A stretch of 63,401 nucleotides of DNA, counting the filler, from Hausera hauseri (Eukaryota): assembly GCA_046269625.1 (NCBI GenBank). It is 9 parts of 9 records of this genome, joined end to end, with 100 filler letters (N's around TTAATTAATTAA, not from the genome) between each part and the next. Parts side by side here need not be neighbours in the genome. Positions count along the whole stretch, not along the records: positions 45,295 to 54,693 come from JBJURY010387701.1; positions 54,794 to 63,401 come from JBJURY010584333.1; 7 more parts are not named here. One strand, written 5' to 3'. Below are positions 45,653-58,200 of the stretch, piece after piece. Below the pieces are notes generated by a model, which did no database searches, was not told the origin of the DNA, and saw nothing but the letters and a program-made list of their open reading frames with translations. A program made the position numbers and the translations under genes. The number at the start of each line of letters is the position of its first letter. Positions within the stretch are counted from its first letter, which is position 1.

Positions 45653-48600
45653 TTACTGATTCTGACTGATATGTATTCGAAGGGGTTTTTGAAGGAAAAT
45701 GTCCTTTATATTTAATTTTTTTGTTATTGTTTTTCCTTCTTCCTCAAATTTCATTAAGTAATTGTTATTCCTGAATATTCTTATTATTTCCCAAGGTCCA
45801 TGATATTTTTTTTGAAATACTCCAGGGTTGTTAAATACTCTTATAAAAACTTTATCCCCAATTTTTAGAGAAGGTATATTTCTTCCTTTTAAGTGATTTT
45901 TCTGTGCAGCAAAATATTGATCCTCATTATAGGCTATTTCTTCTTTCTGTTTTTTTGATATATTTGAGATATTTTTTTGATACTCTTTGAAGGTTTCTAC
46001 ATATTTTGGTGACTCCCCTGAGTCCATAGGAATATTTAATTTTCTGCCAAAGAATATTTCAGCAGGGCTGAAACCTGTTACAGAGTGTTTCGCATTATTG
46101 TAATGGAGTTTAAAGACTAATAAGGTGTCTGACCACTCGAATGTTTTTTCTGCGATGGATGCAATGCTGTCCTTCATAATCTTGTGAACACGCTCAAGAA
46201 CCCCGTTTGATCTTGGGTGATAAACGGCTGTTTTTCTGTGTTGAATATTTAACTTTTTAAAGTATTGTTCAATTTCTTCTGAAGTAAAATTTGGACCGTT
46301 GTCTGAAAGTATAATTTTTGCAACGCCAAATTTTGAAAAATATTGATTTAACTGTTTTATTATTGTGGTAGAAGTTGTGTTTGCAAGAGGTATGGCTTCA
46401 AGATACCTGGAATAGTGGTCAATAATAGTTAAGATAAAGTGTTTTCCATCATGAGAGCGAGGAAGCTTTCCAACAATGTCAATGGCCACTAATTCCCCTG
46501 GAGCTAAGTCTTTCTTAGGAATCTGTTCTGGTATTGTTTTATTAGTTTTAGATTTATTTTCTAAGCATTTTGAGCAATTTTCACAGTAGTTTTTTATATC
46601 TAAATACATTCCTCTCCAAGAGTACTTCTTCTTTATGAAGTCATAGGTTTTTTTTGTGCCAAAGTGTGGCATATGAGCTAGGTCTAAACAAGACTTTATT
46701 AATGCTGAAGGAATGAGAATTCTATTCAAAATTATTTTCTTTTTTGATTTGTTTTTTGGGGGTTTAATTTTTTTCATGACTAGATTGGTGTCACTAGCTA
46801 CAAAGTATTGCTCCTCTATTATTTTATCCTTATCTTTTAATTTTTTTCTGATTATTTCAATTTTAGAGTCTTTTAACTGTTGGTCTAGTATAGTATTTGT
46901 ATCTAAAACATTGTCAGTAGCGAAGATATTTATATTGTTAATTTCTAAATCCTCTTTGGGCATCCTAGATAGATAGTCAGATGGATTTTTGAAACCTGGG
47001 ATGTGTTCTATGCTATAATCAAACTGCTGTAGGTAAATCAACCATCGAGCAACAATATCTGGCTGTTTGTCCATTTGTAAGTGATGCGTCAAAGGCTTCG
47101 CATCAGTGAGAAGTGTAAACCTTTTTCCATACAACTGCTCATAAAAATGTTTGCAAGAAGCATATATTGCAAAAAATTCTCTCCTTATTGAGGGATATCT
47201 AGACTCAGCAGGGCTTAACTGCTTTGAAAAGAATTCTATGGGATAGAACCTTCCCTCATGTTTTTGCATGAGAATCCCACAAATGGAGATTTTTGATGCA
47301 TCACAAACCAAATACATAGGTTTATTTTCATCTATATTTTTTAATGTTGGTCCATCTAGAATTAAATCTTGCAATCTCTCAAAAGCAGCCTGACAACTAT
47401 TACTCCAAAAGAAGGGAACATTTTTTTTTGTTAAGTTCACAATGGGACTTAAAATTTCTGCATAATTTGGAATCATATGGCGAAAATAATTTAGCATCCC
47501 TATGAAGGTTTGAGTTTGTTTAACATTTTTTGGAACTGGGAATTTGTTTACTTTGTTCATATTATCATTTGATGGTGAAAATCCATTTTTATCAATTTTA
47601 AATCCTAAATAAGTGATTTCTCTTTGACACAGCTGCAATTTTTTTGGATCAAGTGTGAGATTAAATTTTGCAAGCTTATCAAATACTTTTTGAAGCATGA
47701 TTTTCATCTCTGGGATTGAGTTGGCAGCAACTATGATGTCATCGACAAAGTACTGCACATTGGGACCTTTTAATTCACTAATACATTTTGTAATTAGTGT
47801 GTGAAAGTACGATGTGGAATTTTTTGCGCCAAAAAAAAGCCTGTTTGGATGAAAATTTCCAAACTGACAGCAGAAAGCAAGCTTATGTTTATCACATTCT
47901 CTCAGTTGGATTTGAAAAAAAGCTGATTTTAAGTCCAGTACACTGTAAAACGTTTTTCCAGCTATACTGTGTAAAATTTCTGAAATTTTGGGCAGGCATA
48001 TTTTAAATGGCTCAGTAATACTGTTTAGCAATCTGTAGTCTACCACCATTCTAAATTTTAGTTCTTTATCATTACTGTTAGGGAGGGGTTTCTTTTTGAC
48101 AAAAAGTATGGGGAAGTTGTAATTGGAAGTTGATTCTTCAATAATTCCAGCTTCTAATAACTGAGTTATCTCTTTATGTGCAAACTCTCTGGCTATTTTT
48201 GGAATTGGATATGGCTTTGTTTGGAGGGGAAAGTCGTGGAGTAATTTAAATTCAGGTTGTACAGCTCGCGTAGAACCAAGTGTCCGATATGATTTGGAGA
48301 ATACTCGAAAGTTTTTCATTAGCATTTCTATCATATCTTCTTTGTCTGTTTCATTTAGGTGTTCTAACTTGAAATCACTTTTTTCTAATTCATTTTTTCT
48401 TAATTGTTCTATTTCTGTTAAATTTATATTATTTATTTGAAGAAGCTCAGTTTGTTTGGGAGGAACATTTTCTATTTCATCCAAGATTTCAATTTTACCC
48501 ATTTTTGTATTTTTTCTAATTTTTATTTTTTCACTTGTGTTGTTTTCAATTATAGTATAGAAACTTGAGTTATCTGTTAGTAAATTAACTGATTGTGACA

Positions 48601-49459
48601 GGTCATATCCTAATTTTGTTACCTTGGGAGAAAACATAACTTGCTGTTTTTCTTTATTTTGATTTTCAGTTGAGACTTTTAGTTTTATTATTCTGAATGA
48701 ATTTGGTTCTAAAGTAATGCTGTTGCAAATCTTAACTATTTCAGATTTTTTATTTTTATTTTTTGGGTTTATTTCCTTTGCTATACAATTTGTAGTTTGT
48801 TCAGGGGCTGACTCCTCAAACTCAAAACAAAAATTTCCCATTATTAATTTTTTATTTGGTGTATCTATTAGTATTTTATTTCTCTGTAAGAAATCATATC
48901 CTAGGATTATTTTATACTGGGATCTCCAGTCAGATTGTGTAATGAAAAATTGGTTTTCAAACCATTTGGTCTTAATTTTAAATTTGATGTTTACTGCAGA
49001 CAAATATGGGATTGTGGATTGATTAAGTGTGTGTATCCTAACTGCTCTGCTTAAGTATTCGACTTTAGTTGTTTCTTTTATTTCCTCTATTACACTAGGC
49101 TGGACCAAACTGAGATTCGCCCCCGTGTCAAGTAAAGCGGCTACCTGTTTATTGCCAAATCTGATATTAATTATGGGAAGACTGTTATTAGAGTCATTAC
49201 ATGACATTACATATAAAGGTGTAATTTCTTTTTCTACATTTTGTTTATTTATTAATTTTGAACTATTATTTTCTTTCTGAAAGTTAGGTTGAATTATATT
49301 TTCTTTTTTTTGTTGTCTATTCACCTTTTCATACCTCTCAGAGTTATATTTTCTAGTTTGACTTTGGTTTCTGTTTTTATAATTCCAATTTTGTTTTTTA
49401 TATTGGTAATGGGTTCTTACATTTCTATTGGAATTCCTATACATTCTGTAAGAACCCAT
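45653..49459 (-). CDS. pol: Ty3/Gypsy Pol polyprotein (PR-RT-RH-IN), open reading frame intact
   Basis: LLDTGA, LDLKSAF, FVDD, CDAS, H..H..C..C, DIVG...SDNG...ER; 1268 aa without interruption. Confidence 0.96.
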   Translation of the reverse strand: MGSYRMYRNSNRNVRTHYQYKKQNWNYKNRNQSQTRKYNSERYEKVNRQQKKENIIQPNFQKENNSSKLINKQNVEKEITPLYVMSCNDSNNSLPIINIRFGNKQVAALLDTGANLSLVQPSVIEEIKETTKVEYLSRAVRIHTLNQSTIPYLSAVNIKFKIKTKWFENQFFITQSDWRSQYKIILGYDFLQRNKILIDTPNKKLIMGNFCFEFEESAPEQTTNCIAKEINPKNKNKKSEIVKICNSITLEPNSFRIIKLKVSTENQNKEKQQVMFSPKVTKLGYDLSQSVNLLTDNSSFYTIIENNTSEKIKIRKNTKMGKIEILDEIENVPPKQTELLQINNINLTEIEQLRKNELEKSDFKLEHLNETDKEDMIEMLMKNFRVFSKSYRTLGSTRAVQPEFKLLHDFPLQTKPYPIPKIAREFAHKEITQLLEAGIIEESTSNYNFPILFVKKKPLPNSNDKELKFRMVVDYRLLNSITEPFKICLPKISEILHSIAGKTFYSVLDLKSAFFQIQLRECDKHKLAFCCQFGNFHPNRLFFGAKNSTSYFHTLITKCISELKGPNVQYFVDDIIVAANSIPEMKIMLQKVFDKLAKFNLTLDPKKLQLCQREITYLGFKIDKNGFSPSNDNMNKVNKFPVPKNVKQTQTFIGMLNYFRHMIPNYAEILSPIVNLTKKNVPFFWSNSCQAAFERLQDLILDGPTLKNIDENKPMYLVCDASKISICGILMQKHEGRFYPIEFFSKQLSPAESRYPSIRREFFAIYASCKHFYEQLYGKRFTLLTDAKPLTHHLQMDKQPDIVARWLIYLQQFDYSIEHIPGFKNPSDYLSRMPKEDLEINNINIFATDNVLDTNTILDQQLKDSKIEIIRKKLKDKDKIIEEQYFVASDTNLVMKKIKPPKNKSKKKIILNRILIPSALIKSCLDLAHMPHFGTKKTYDFIKKKYSWRGMYLDIKNYCENCSKCLENKSKTNKTIPEQIPKKDLAPGELVAIDIVGKLPRSHDGKHFILTIIDHYSRYLEAIPLANTTSTTIIKQLNQYFSKFGVAKIILSDNGPNFTSEEIEQYFKKLNIQHRKTAVYHPRSNGVLERVHKIMKDSIASIAEKTFEWSDTLLVFKLHYNNAKHSVTGFSPAEIFFGRKLNIPMDSGESPKYVETFKEYQKNISNISKKQKEEIAYNEDQYFAAQKNHLKGRNIPSLKIGDKVFIRVFNNPGVFQKKYHGPWEIIRIFRNNNYLMKFEEEGKTITKKLNIKDIFLQKPLRIHISQNQ

Positions 49460-49471
49460 TTCTAGTTTAAA
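49408..49471 (-). promoter_or_regulatory. Programmed -1 ribosomal frameshift signal between gag and pol
   Basis: T TTA AAC heptamer (49471-49465) directly before the gag TAG; the -1 frame is the pol frame; 14-bp perfect stem 4 nt downstream. Confidence 0.88.
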
Positions 49472-50472
49472 GAATTCTTTCTTTCAGTTTTATAATAAGG
49501 ATGTTGCCTCCTAAAATTGCTTCTGGACCTTTGAGAGTTATATCTATCATTATGCCTGAAATTTTGTCTGAAATTGTTTCTAAAATTTGGTCGATAACTT
49601 TGACTGAATGGCCTCTGCCTTGAATTATTTTGTCGACCATGTTGGAAATTGTCAAAGCTGCCTGGAAAGTACCAACAGTCTTTCATTAAATGCTTTTTCC
49701 CACAGATTAAACATTTTATGTTTTCTGAAGGTTGATTATTTTGCTGAGAATTTTGACTATGTGCTACCATATGATTTACATTTTTGCTTTCTTGCATTTG
49801 TTCAAGTTTTTTTGTTAAATTCATTATTTGTTTATTCGCTTCCACCTGACTATGTAATAATGTAGTTAGTTCAGTAGAGCCGATAATGGAGTTTGTCTGA
49901 TAAGCAGGATCAGAATGTGCCTCCTCTATGTCTATAGCTTTTTGTATGGCCTCCTCAAAACTTTTCGGGCTTAATTTTTTTAACTCTATTCTGATATCAC
50001 CCCTTAATGCTTCATAAAACTTATTAAACTTGGTTTTCTCACCCAATTCTTTTATCTGACTGTCTGAATTATCATTAATATTCAAATAAGCATTGGCAGA
50101 GTTTTCAATGCATTTTGCTAAGTCTCTTACAGACTGAGTGGGTGTTTGAACAATTTTTGAAAATTCTTGTTGCAGTTCAGAAAAAGTTTTAGCTTTAATA
50201 AATTTTTTCTTTAGTAAATTTTGTAACTCCTCAAAATCATTTGTTGAGCTTGCTATTGGGTCATTACTTATGAATTCCAGTGCTTTTCCTTGACAATTCA
50301 ATTTCAGAATGAAAAGTTTTTTTTGTGCTGGCCATTGCTCTAATTCTGCAACAGAGTTTATCTGATTTAGAAAGAATTTCACATTTTCTCCTTCATTGCC
50401 ACAGAATGTAGGTAAGGAACTGGCTAAGCTAGTTTCAACTAATTGTGGTTTAGGCATTTTCTTAGTTTTCAT
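49462..50472 (-). CDS. gag: Ty3/Gypsy Gag
   Basis: LPTFCG CA-like N-terminus and CLICGKKHLMKDC zinc knuckle, directly upstream of pol. Confidence 0.9.
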   Translation of the reverse strand: MKTKKMPKPQLVETSLASSLPTFCGNEGENVKFFLNQINSVAELEQWPAQKKLFILKLNCQGKALEFISNDPIASSTNDFEELQNLLKKKFIKAKTFSELQQEFSKIVQTPTQSVRDLAKCIENSANAYLNINDNSDSQIKELGEKTKFNKFYEALRGDIRIELKKLSPKSFEEAIQKAIDIEEAHSDPAYQTNSIIGSTELTTLLHSQVEANKQIMNLTKKLEQMQESKNVNHMVAHSQNSQQNNQPSENIKCLICGKKHLMKDCWYFPGSFDNFQHGRQNNSRQRPFSQSYRPNFRNNFRQNFRHNDRYNSQRSRSNFRRQHPYYKTERKNSLN

Positions 50473-51508
50473 TTAAATTTAACTGGCAAATTTGAATTTA
50501 TGGTTTTAAATCTATTCGACTACTTTCTCATATACATAAATTGCAATATTTTTTCCTACATATAATGAACAATAATTATTTCAATGTTTTTCACTGATAC
50601 ATTTATCACAGGCTGAATAGGTATATCTTATACTTTATACTACATATAATGATAATAATAATTACCTGTAATGTTATGCATTATACATTGTAATATAAAT
50701 CATTTACTATTTTTAATTGTCCATATTTCATTACTTGGATCATTTTATATGATTCACATTATCTATTCTCAGACACTTCAAATTATTTCATGCTTAGATT
50801 TTACTTGGGGGGGGGGGGCTGAGACTCTGGCATAGGCATTCTTTGATTAGAATTTAAATTTGCAATATTATTTTATTTTACTTTTTTTTACAGAATATTA
50901 ATTCTCTTATGCCTTAAGTTTGCATTATTTCTTTTAAAATATGATCTACAATAATAATTATTCTCAATGCTTTTAGCTGATGCTTCATACTAGAACATAT
51001 CTTAAAACTGCCTATTATGGTAATAATTATATTACATTTTATACATTATACACTGTAATACACTGCACTCTGTATATTTTTCATATTTATTTACTTCACT
51101 GCATTCTATGATACTAAGTGTGTTCAGAACTGTATATTCCATACAGTATTTTTTTTTTTTTTTTTTTATATCATCATCACACTCATTCTTATATTTTAAT
51201 GGAAATTATAACTTTTTATGTCAATTTCTTGCATACCATACACTTTTCATACATATTATTAATGAGTTCATTTACTTTAGACACATTTATAGTTATAATT
51301 TTATCACATTTCTGCATATATTAGTGCATATATATTATATTAGCATTGTTTAACATATATTATATCATACTTCGACATATATTACATTAGCATATTGGCA
51401 GTGCTCAATGGTTTTGAATAACCCAGAAAACGAGACCCGTGTGAATCCAATTTTTCTCTGAGATTAAATTTTGAGGAACTTTGGATATTTATTTTTTTTT
51501 TTTTTTTT

Positions 51509-51520
51509 GTTACGGCACCA
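51509..51520 (-). other. Primer-binding site, tRNA-His-like
   Basis: TGGTGCCGTAAC, 3 nt after the LTR end ...TAACA. Confidence 0.7.
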
Positions 51521-51523
51521 TTA

Positions 51524-52798
51524 TGTTAGGAAACATTTCCTGAGATCAAAGACATTTACTGTCTTCAAGAGACTTGAGTTGAAACTCAAATTATATTAGT
51601 ACATTGCATTGTTTAAGGAAGTAATTTAGACCAGATTAATTAATAAAATAATAAGCCGGAATGCCCTAAAATATTAAATTATCAAATTAACATGGTGGTA
51701 TTTTATACCAACACTCCAGGACTGAAAATGTTAAATTTAAGAATTTGAGTCCATTTTTATTACCAAGAGATTGTATGTCCGAAAGAACAGCCAAATGAAA
51801 CTTATTAATAAGAAATAACACTTTAATTGAATGAGCAGCGAATTTAAAAACAATTTCTCTAGATTACACACATATATGGACAAGCATTATATAGAACCTC
51901 ACTTAATTTATACAGAGATACAAATTTTATACAGTTTCACTCAAAACACACTTCAATTTTAAAACGCACAATGCACAGCCAAATGGAACTAGCGTGTGAT
52001 TAAATTGAGTTTCTTACACCTCTAGGTGTTCTTTATAGAAGTTCAAGGAAGCATGAGGTGATGATACTTTTATGGGTTCAACGCAAGCAAATAAGTTTGT
52101 TATATTTAAAGTTATTTTTACTTCAGTCACAAATAAATGTCTTAAGGAAAGCTTACCCACTCTTCTAGGCGATGAACTCTATCTGGACACGTGTCTAGCT
52201 GGCTGCATTTCACTTTCATCGATAAGCACCTTAATTTTTGGGAATTCGTCGATATATATTCTGATTTTGGGTCTTGATGTTCAGTTCTTTCTAGTTCTTA
52301 GGAGGTCTAATGGCATTTTCGTAGAATCTTCATGGATGCACTCGGATTGAGGATCCACCACGTGCTAGGCCATTTTCAAAGAGACATCGTGCGCATCTCA
52401 CTTCTTCAGAATTGAGAAAAGAATAAGTTTAATATGATGTTAATTTTTCTATTTACTCGTTATAGACAACATTTCAAATTTTCTTCCTTAAATACTACGG
52501 AGTCACACACATCCAACATCATTTAGGTTGACTGCCTACAAAAACAGGGGAGGTGGCCGTTTTCGAGACTCGTTCACGCTACTCGCAAAAGAATACTCTC
52601 GAGCCCAGATTTTAGGTGTGCAGGGAGCATGCGCCAGTCAAAGGTCTAGCTACACACTTGACGTCACTATACTACGGGTTCTTTGCGTAGCGACCACAGT
52701 GTTTGTAAACAACGTATTGCAGATGGAAGGCGAAACTAGATGCAGTCCTTGAGAATGTCTATTTTTGATTTACGAATAATGTGGTTTTCATTACCACA
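51524..52798 (-). repeat. LTR, about 1.27 kb
   Basis: TGT...ACA termini; preceded by PPT GGGGGAGG (52808-52801) and followed by the PBS. Confidence 0.75.
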
Positions 52799-54608
52799 TA
52801 CCTCCCCCGAAACAGAAAAATTTAGAGCCGTCCATCCGTCTAGAATTATTGTTAGGAAGACTCTAGAAATATTTTGAGGAAACTGTATCCTTAGTTGGCC
52901 ACTATGGTACATTTCATTACATTCACATACACATGTTATACACTATATTATTAATTATATAATATACACACAACTTTCACATGATTTGCATACATATATA
53001 TTATTACTTCTAATACGATTTCTGTTATATTAATTATTTTTCATATTTTTTTTTCATCATTACACAGTTATTACATTTGTTATCTTGATTAAGTATTAAT
53101 TAATATTGTCCTGATTACATATTATACTATTACTATTACATTAATTATTTTGCATACATTTTTTTCATTACACAGTTATTACATTTATTATCATGATTAC
53201 ATATTAATTAATATGTGCCCTGATTACATACTTTAATATTTCTATTATCTCTTGGTAAATACTGACCATTGAACACTTTCAATATAGTTGCTATTATAAT
53301 TTAAAGATTTGATTTCCAAAAATTTTCTTCTAATATTTTACACAGTAATTCAGTACAGTAATTTTATTAACAGACCTACATGCATGTGCTATAAAGGTAT
53401 CAGTTTTAAGAAGATCTTGATTTGCATGAAAGATTCTTCTAGACATTCTTTGTTTCAAGAAATAAGAATCATATGTGCAAACTCTGAGATTTGTCTCAGT
53501 TAATTTTTTATATATCTTTCAAACTGGTAAGGTATTTATAGCTGATTTGTTGGTTGCCAATTTATTTTTAATGACTGACTGAATGTTTGGCCTGAAATAT
53601 ATTTGCAAGAGTACTTCATTATTGATGTTTAGTTTTTTATTTGCCCTTTCCATAAATGTTGGCGGGGGGGGGAATACTTTTTTTTTTTGATTAACCCTAT
53701 CTTTACAATTTTAGTGAAGCTTCATTCTTAATAATGTCTCTGTCCTTTTTGCTACAATTTTTTCTTTCTAGTTATATCTATTCGTTATTTGCTATTTCAG
53801 AGTCTTATTTTTAGTATTTGTTATTATTACCTATTGATAAATACTTATCGCCCATCCATTTTGCATTTCTTGTAGAGTTGTTTTAAAATTTTCCTAGAAA
53901 ATTTTCCCTTGACTTTTGCCCACCGAAATCATTCAATACATTATATTGACAAATTGCATCTGTGGTCGCTATAAAGGTACTAGTTATAAGAAGATTTTCT
54001 GGTTTGCAATATGTTTTTTTTGTCATAAAAAAAAACCGGGGAAAAAAAATGTGCAAACTATTTCTCCCATAAACTAATAAGGTATTTATAGACGTTGAGT
54101 TGCCTGTCAATCTATTTTTTAATGATTCTGATCTCAATGAGAAGGTTAATTATTTTTTTTTTTTTTTTTTTTTTCCTCCAAGACATCCCATGAAGAGGGA
54201 TGATATTGCTAGTTTCCTTTTTCTTTTCATTTTTATCATTAAATTTTGAATTTTTATATTTTTTGCTGCTAAATCCTTCACTGATTGTTTTGGCGTTTGT
54301 ACAATATTGGAAAATTGCTGGGATAATTGAGAAAAGTTTTTAGTGATTGAGAATTTCTCTCTTAACTTCTTTTGTAACTCCTCTGGGTCATTGGTAATGC
54401 TGGCGACTGGATCATTGCTGATGAATTCCAGTGCCTTACCTTGACAATTGAGTCTCAAAATTAAAACTTTTTTCTGATCCACCCAATCCTCCAATTTTGC
54501 TACTGCATCTAACTGATCGAGGAAGAATTTTACATTTTCCCCTTCATTACCACTAAACGTTGGGAGCGAGCTTGCCAAACTTGTTTCTATCAGCTGCGTT
54601 CTAGGCAT
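52799..54608 (-). mobile_element. Internally deleted non-autonomous relative: truncated gag, no pol, PPT
   Basis: 54150-54608 aligns with the N-terminal half of Gag 49462-50472; 53630-53700 matches 45295-45360. Confidence 0.75.
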
Positions 54609-54793
54609 TTTTTCTAATTTCTTTTAAATTATATTTCTAACAATTAATCTACTATTATTCCTATACACACAAATTATTACTTAAAACAATATCNNNNNNN
54701 NNNNNNNNNNNNNNNNNNNNNNNNNNNNNNNNNNNNNTTAATTAATTAANNNNNNNNNNNNNNNNNNNNNNNNNNNNNNNNNNNNNNNNNNNN

Positions 54794-57700
54794 GCAGTTT
54801 ATAGCGTTTGTTTGGTCTTATTTCCGTTTTAGCTACTCTCTGAATTGATATGACCTCCTGCTTGACGTTTTTATTTATATAAACTGTGGTTGGTATAGTT
54901 TTGGTAACTTCATAAGGTCCTCTGCTTGTTCTGGTAAGTTTAAGAGATGTGCCTTTCTTTGCTACTGGGTAGTGTAAGTAAACCCAATTTTCTGGTTCTA
55001 GGTCGTGTGGTTTAGACTTCTTGTCATATTGCTTTTTATATTGTTCGTGGTATTCTCTGGATAATTCCTTGGCCTTTCCCAGCACTTGTGTAATCTCAAT
55101 TGCAATACCTTGACAAAATTTTGCTCTAAGTCTTCCGTTCTGGTTGTATACGGAATCAGTCCTAAATCTGAAGCAGTACAGCTTCTCTACCGTACATCAT
55201 GAAAAACGGGGTGAATCCTGTTGCAGGATATGGGATAGTATTAATGGCTAACTGTGTCCCTTCCAAGAGATCATCCCAATCTTTCTGGTCTTTCGTGACT
55301 ACTGTCTATAAGATTTTTATAACTGTCGCGTTCATCCGTTTAACCATTTTATTACATTGGAGATGATAAGCTGTAGTAGTTAGTCGTTCAATTTCGAAAA
55401 TTTTGGTAATTTTTTCCAAAAATTTGCTTGTAAAGTTCCTCCCTCAGTCTGTCAAAATTTGTTCAGGTGGGCCATATCTGCAAATAATCTTCCGGACAAA
55501 TAATTCTGCTAAAGTCTGGGCCTTTTGGTCTACTAGCGCTATAAGCTCGACGAAATAAGTCAATCGGTCTACATATGTCAAAATATATTTATTTCTTTTG
55601 TGAGTGGTAGGTAACGGTCCTACAATATCCATGGACATTACTTGCATTTGTCTGTCGGGCTTATTGATGGTTTTAAGCTCCGCGACGTAGTTTTTCACTT
55701 TTCTCTGTTTGGTTGCGCATACTTCATAATAATTCACCCAATTCCTCACGTCAATGTAAATGCTCGGCCAGTAATATTTATTTAGTATTCTTTCCAAAGA
55801 CTTCTTCCACGATATGTGTCTGACTAGATATGAGTTGTGTGCGGCCATTAGCACTTCTGCACGTAATCCTTTTGGTATGACGACTAATTTTCGTCCCTTT
55901 CTTTTGTAGTACAACACATTTTCGTGGTTGCAATCTCCTTCGACGCAGTATTTGTGTCCATGTCGTCGTAGGTGTTCCCGTAACTGATGACCCTTTTGTA
56001 GTTTGTTGGTACCAACGAACTCGATAATTTGTTGTATAACTTTGTCGTTTCTCTGTTCGATAGAAATCTTCGATGCCTTCTCCAGTATGAGAGTCCGTTG
56101 TCTCTCTACTAAGTTTTCGAGGTGGGCTTTCCTCATTACCGCAACTGCGTTTGTTTTAGTTTTAAGTCTCGAGAGTGCATCGGCATCGGCACGTTTATTT
56201 TCGGGTTTGTATTGGAATTCGGTATTATACCGTGAGATCTCCTCGATCCATCTATGGAGTTCACAGGTCGGATTATTTGCCCTACCTTTTAAGGTCGTAA
56301 CTGCTTTGTGATCGGTAACGATTAAAATCTTTTGTCCATAGACGTACACGTAAAAATGTAGCAGTGCTTCTTCCTCTGCTAACGTCTCTAACTCCGTAAC
56401 AGAATAGTTTTTCTCGGCTTTCTTTAGAGACGGACCTCCGTATGCGATCGAGTGTCCTAGCTCCTTTTCTTCTCGTTTCTGAGATAATTAGTATCCCATG
56501 CCTTCCTTACTGGTGTCTGTTTTGATTATGAACGGTAGGTTTAAGTCGGGATATCTTAAAACAGGTTCACTGCTTAAAATCTTCATCATTTCATCGAAAG
56601 CTTTTTGTTCGACAGGGGTACAAATGTGCGTTTATCTTTGAATTATCTGGCACATAGGTAGCATAATACTCACATAATCCCAACAGTGTCTTAGTTCCTT
56701 TTGATTCTGGGATTCTATGTAGTTCGATATTTTATTTAGCAGTAATTTATCCGGCTTTGATCCTCCTTCTCCGACTATGTGTTCAAGATAAGACACAGCA
56801 TTTTGAACCCATTTGCATTTCTTATGGTTTAGTATCAATCCAGCTTTCTCCAATCTCATGAGTGTACCTTCAGTGTCCTTAAAATGACCGTCTTCCGTTT
56901 TTGACGCAATCATTACGTCATCTATGTAGGCGAATGCGTGTTCTAGTACCATTAGCATCTTGTTCATCATGCAAGTAAAGATGGCTGGTCCGGTAGTTAT
57001 TCCAAATGGCATGACATTAAATTCATATATACCGTCGTGTGTCTTAAACGCGGTTTTGTAACGATCGTCTTTCTCTATTTCTACTTGCCACTATTCGGAC
57101 TGCAAATCAAGTGTGGTGAACCATTCAGCTCCAGAAAGCCTATCCAAAGCTTCCTTTACCGGTGGTAATGGGAAAGATTCCTTCATTATAAGCGTATTTA
57201 ACGCTCCATAGTCGATACAAAATCCGTGCTTAGTGATATTTTTCTTCTTAACCATGAGGATAGTTAAATACCAAGATCTATAGCTTGGTCTGATTATGTC
57301 GGTCTTTAACATTCGTTCAACCTCCTTGGTTATCTCTGGCCTTAAAAAGTGTGGAGTGGGTACAATTTCTGCATCTTTTGATCTTCTAAATCTATTTTAT
57401 CGTTAGATCCAGGCTTTTTCTTAAGTGGGATCGTGAGTCTTAAGGTTATGACTCGGCCAATATCTTCTTCATCTTTCGCGATAATCGAACGATAACGACA
57501 AAGTAATTCGTAAAATCGACAATATGATTCCGGTGAAACTTTACTCTTAAATTGGGGTGGAAATTTGGTACATTTATAAGGTTTATCTTCAATGGTGACT
57601 TATGATACTCTATACGTGTGTCCCAAAGTGGTATTGTCATATAGTTTGATCGGAGAGAGTGCATTATTCGCTATTCTGATCGGTACGCGCCCTATTCATA

Positions 57701-58200
57701 CTTTCGTTAAAACATTACTGAGTATGATGTTTCGATTAAGCGATTCCTTAGGTTCAAAATATACTGGCTGATCGTCATCTTGACGTATCTGTGCATATAT
57801 TAATATTTCGGTCCTGGGCAGTATGTTTTAATCCAAGGGAATTCACACCTCTCCGAATTTTCTGTCTTTAGTGGTTTAACTCCTTTTATTGGGCCAAGTT
57901 ATATTAATTTCCATGCATTAAAATCTATTGCTATGTTGGATAGTTGTCTCAATAGATCGCACCCCAATGCTACATCATCCGTTAATTTTTCCATTATTGA
58001 AAATTTATGATGAAAAGATTGTACCATTATACAAATTTCTGGTCTCCATCGGAATTTGCTTTTAGACAATTGACCGAAGGCTCTGACACTTCCTGAGTCT
58101 GTTGTGTGAGGTAGATATAATTGTTTTCGTAGGAATTGCGGTATTGAATCATACTTTTCCAATGATATTTTGGATCCTGTATTTATCACTGCGTAAACTT
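54794..58200 (-). mobile_element. Decayed Ty3/Gypsy pol (PR-RT-RH-IN)
   Basis: VINTGS, CIDY..LN, TLDL, MPFG, YIDD, TDHK, MDIVGPLP and ILTD; many stops and frameshifts. Confidence 0.92.

Noticed and set aside
53050-53240. AT-rich diverged tandem duplication
   Set aside because: Ordinary untranslated-region duplication in an LTR element; no repeat-spacer structure.
12525-54793. Regularly recurring TTAATTAATTAA within N runs
   Set aside because: Artificial contig linkers, not a biological repeat or CRISPR array.
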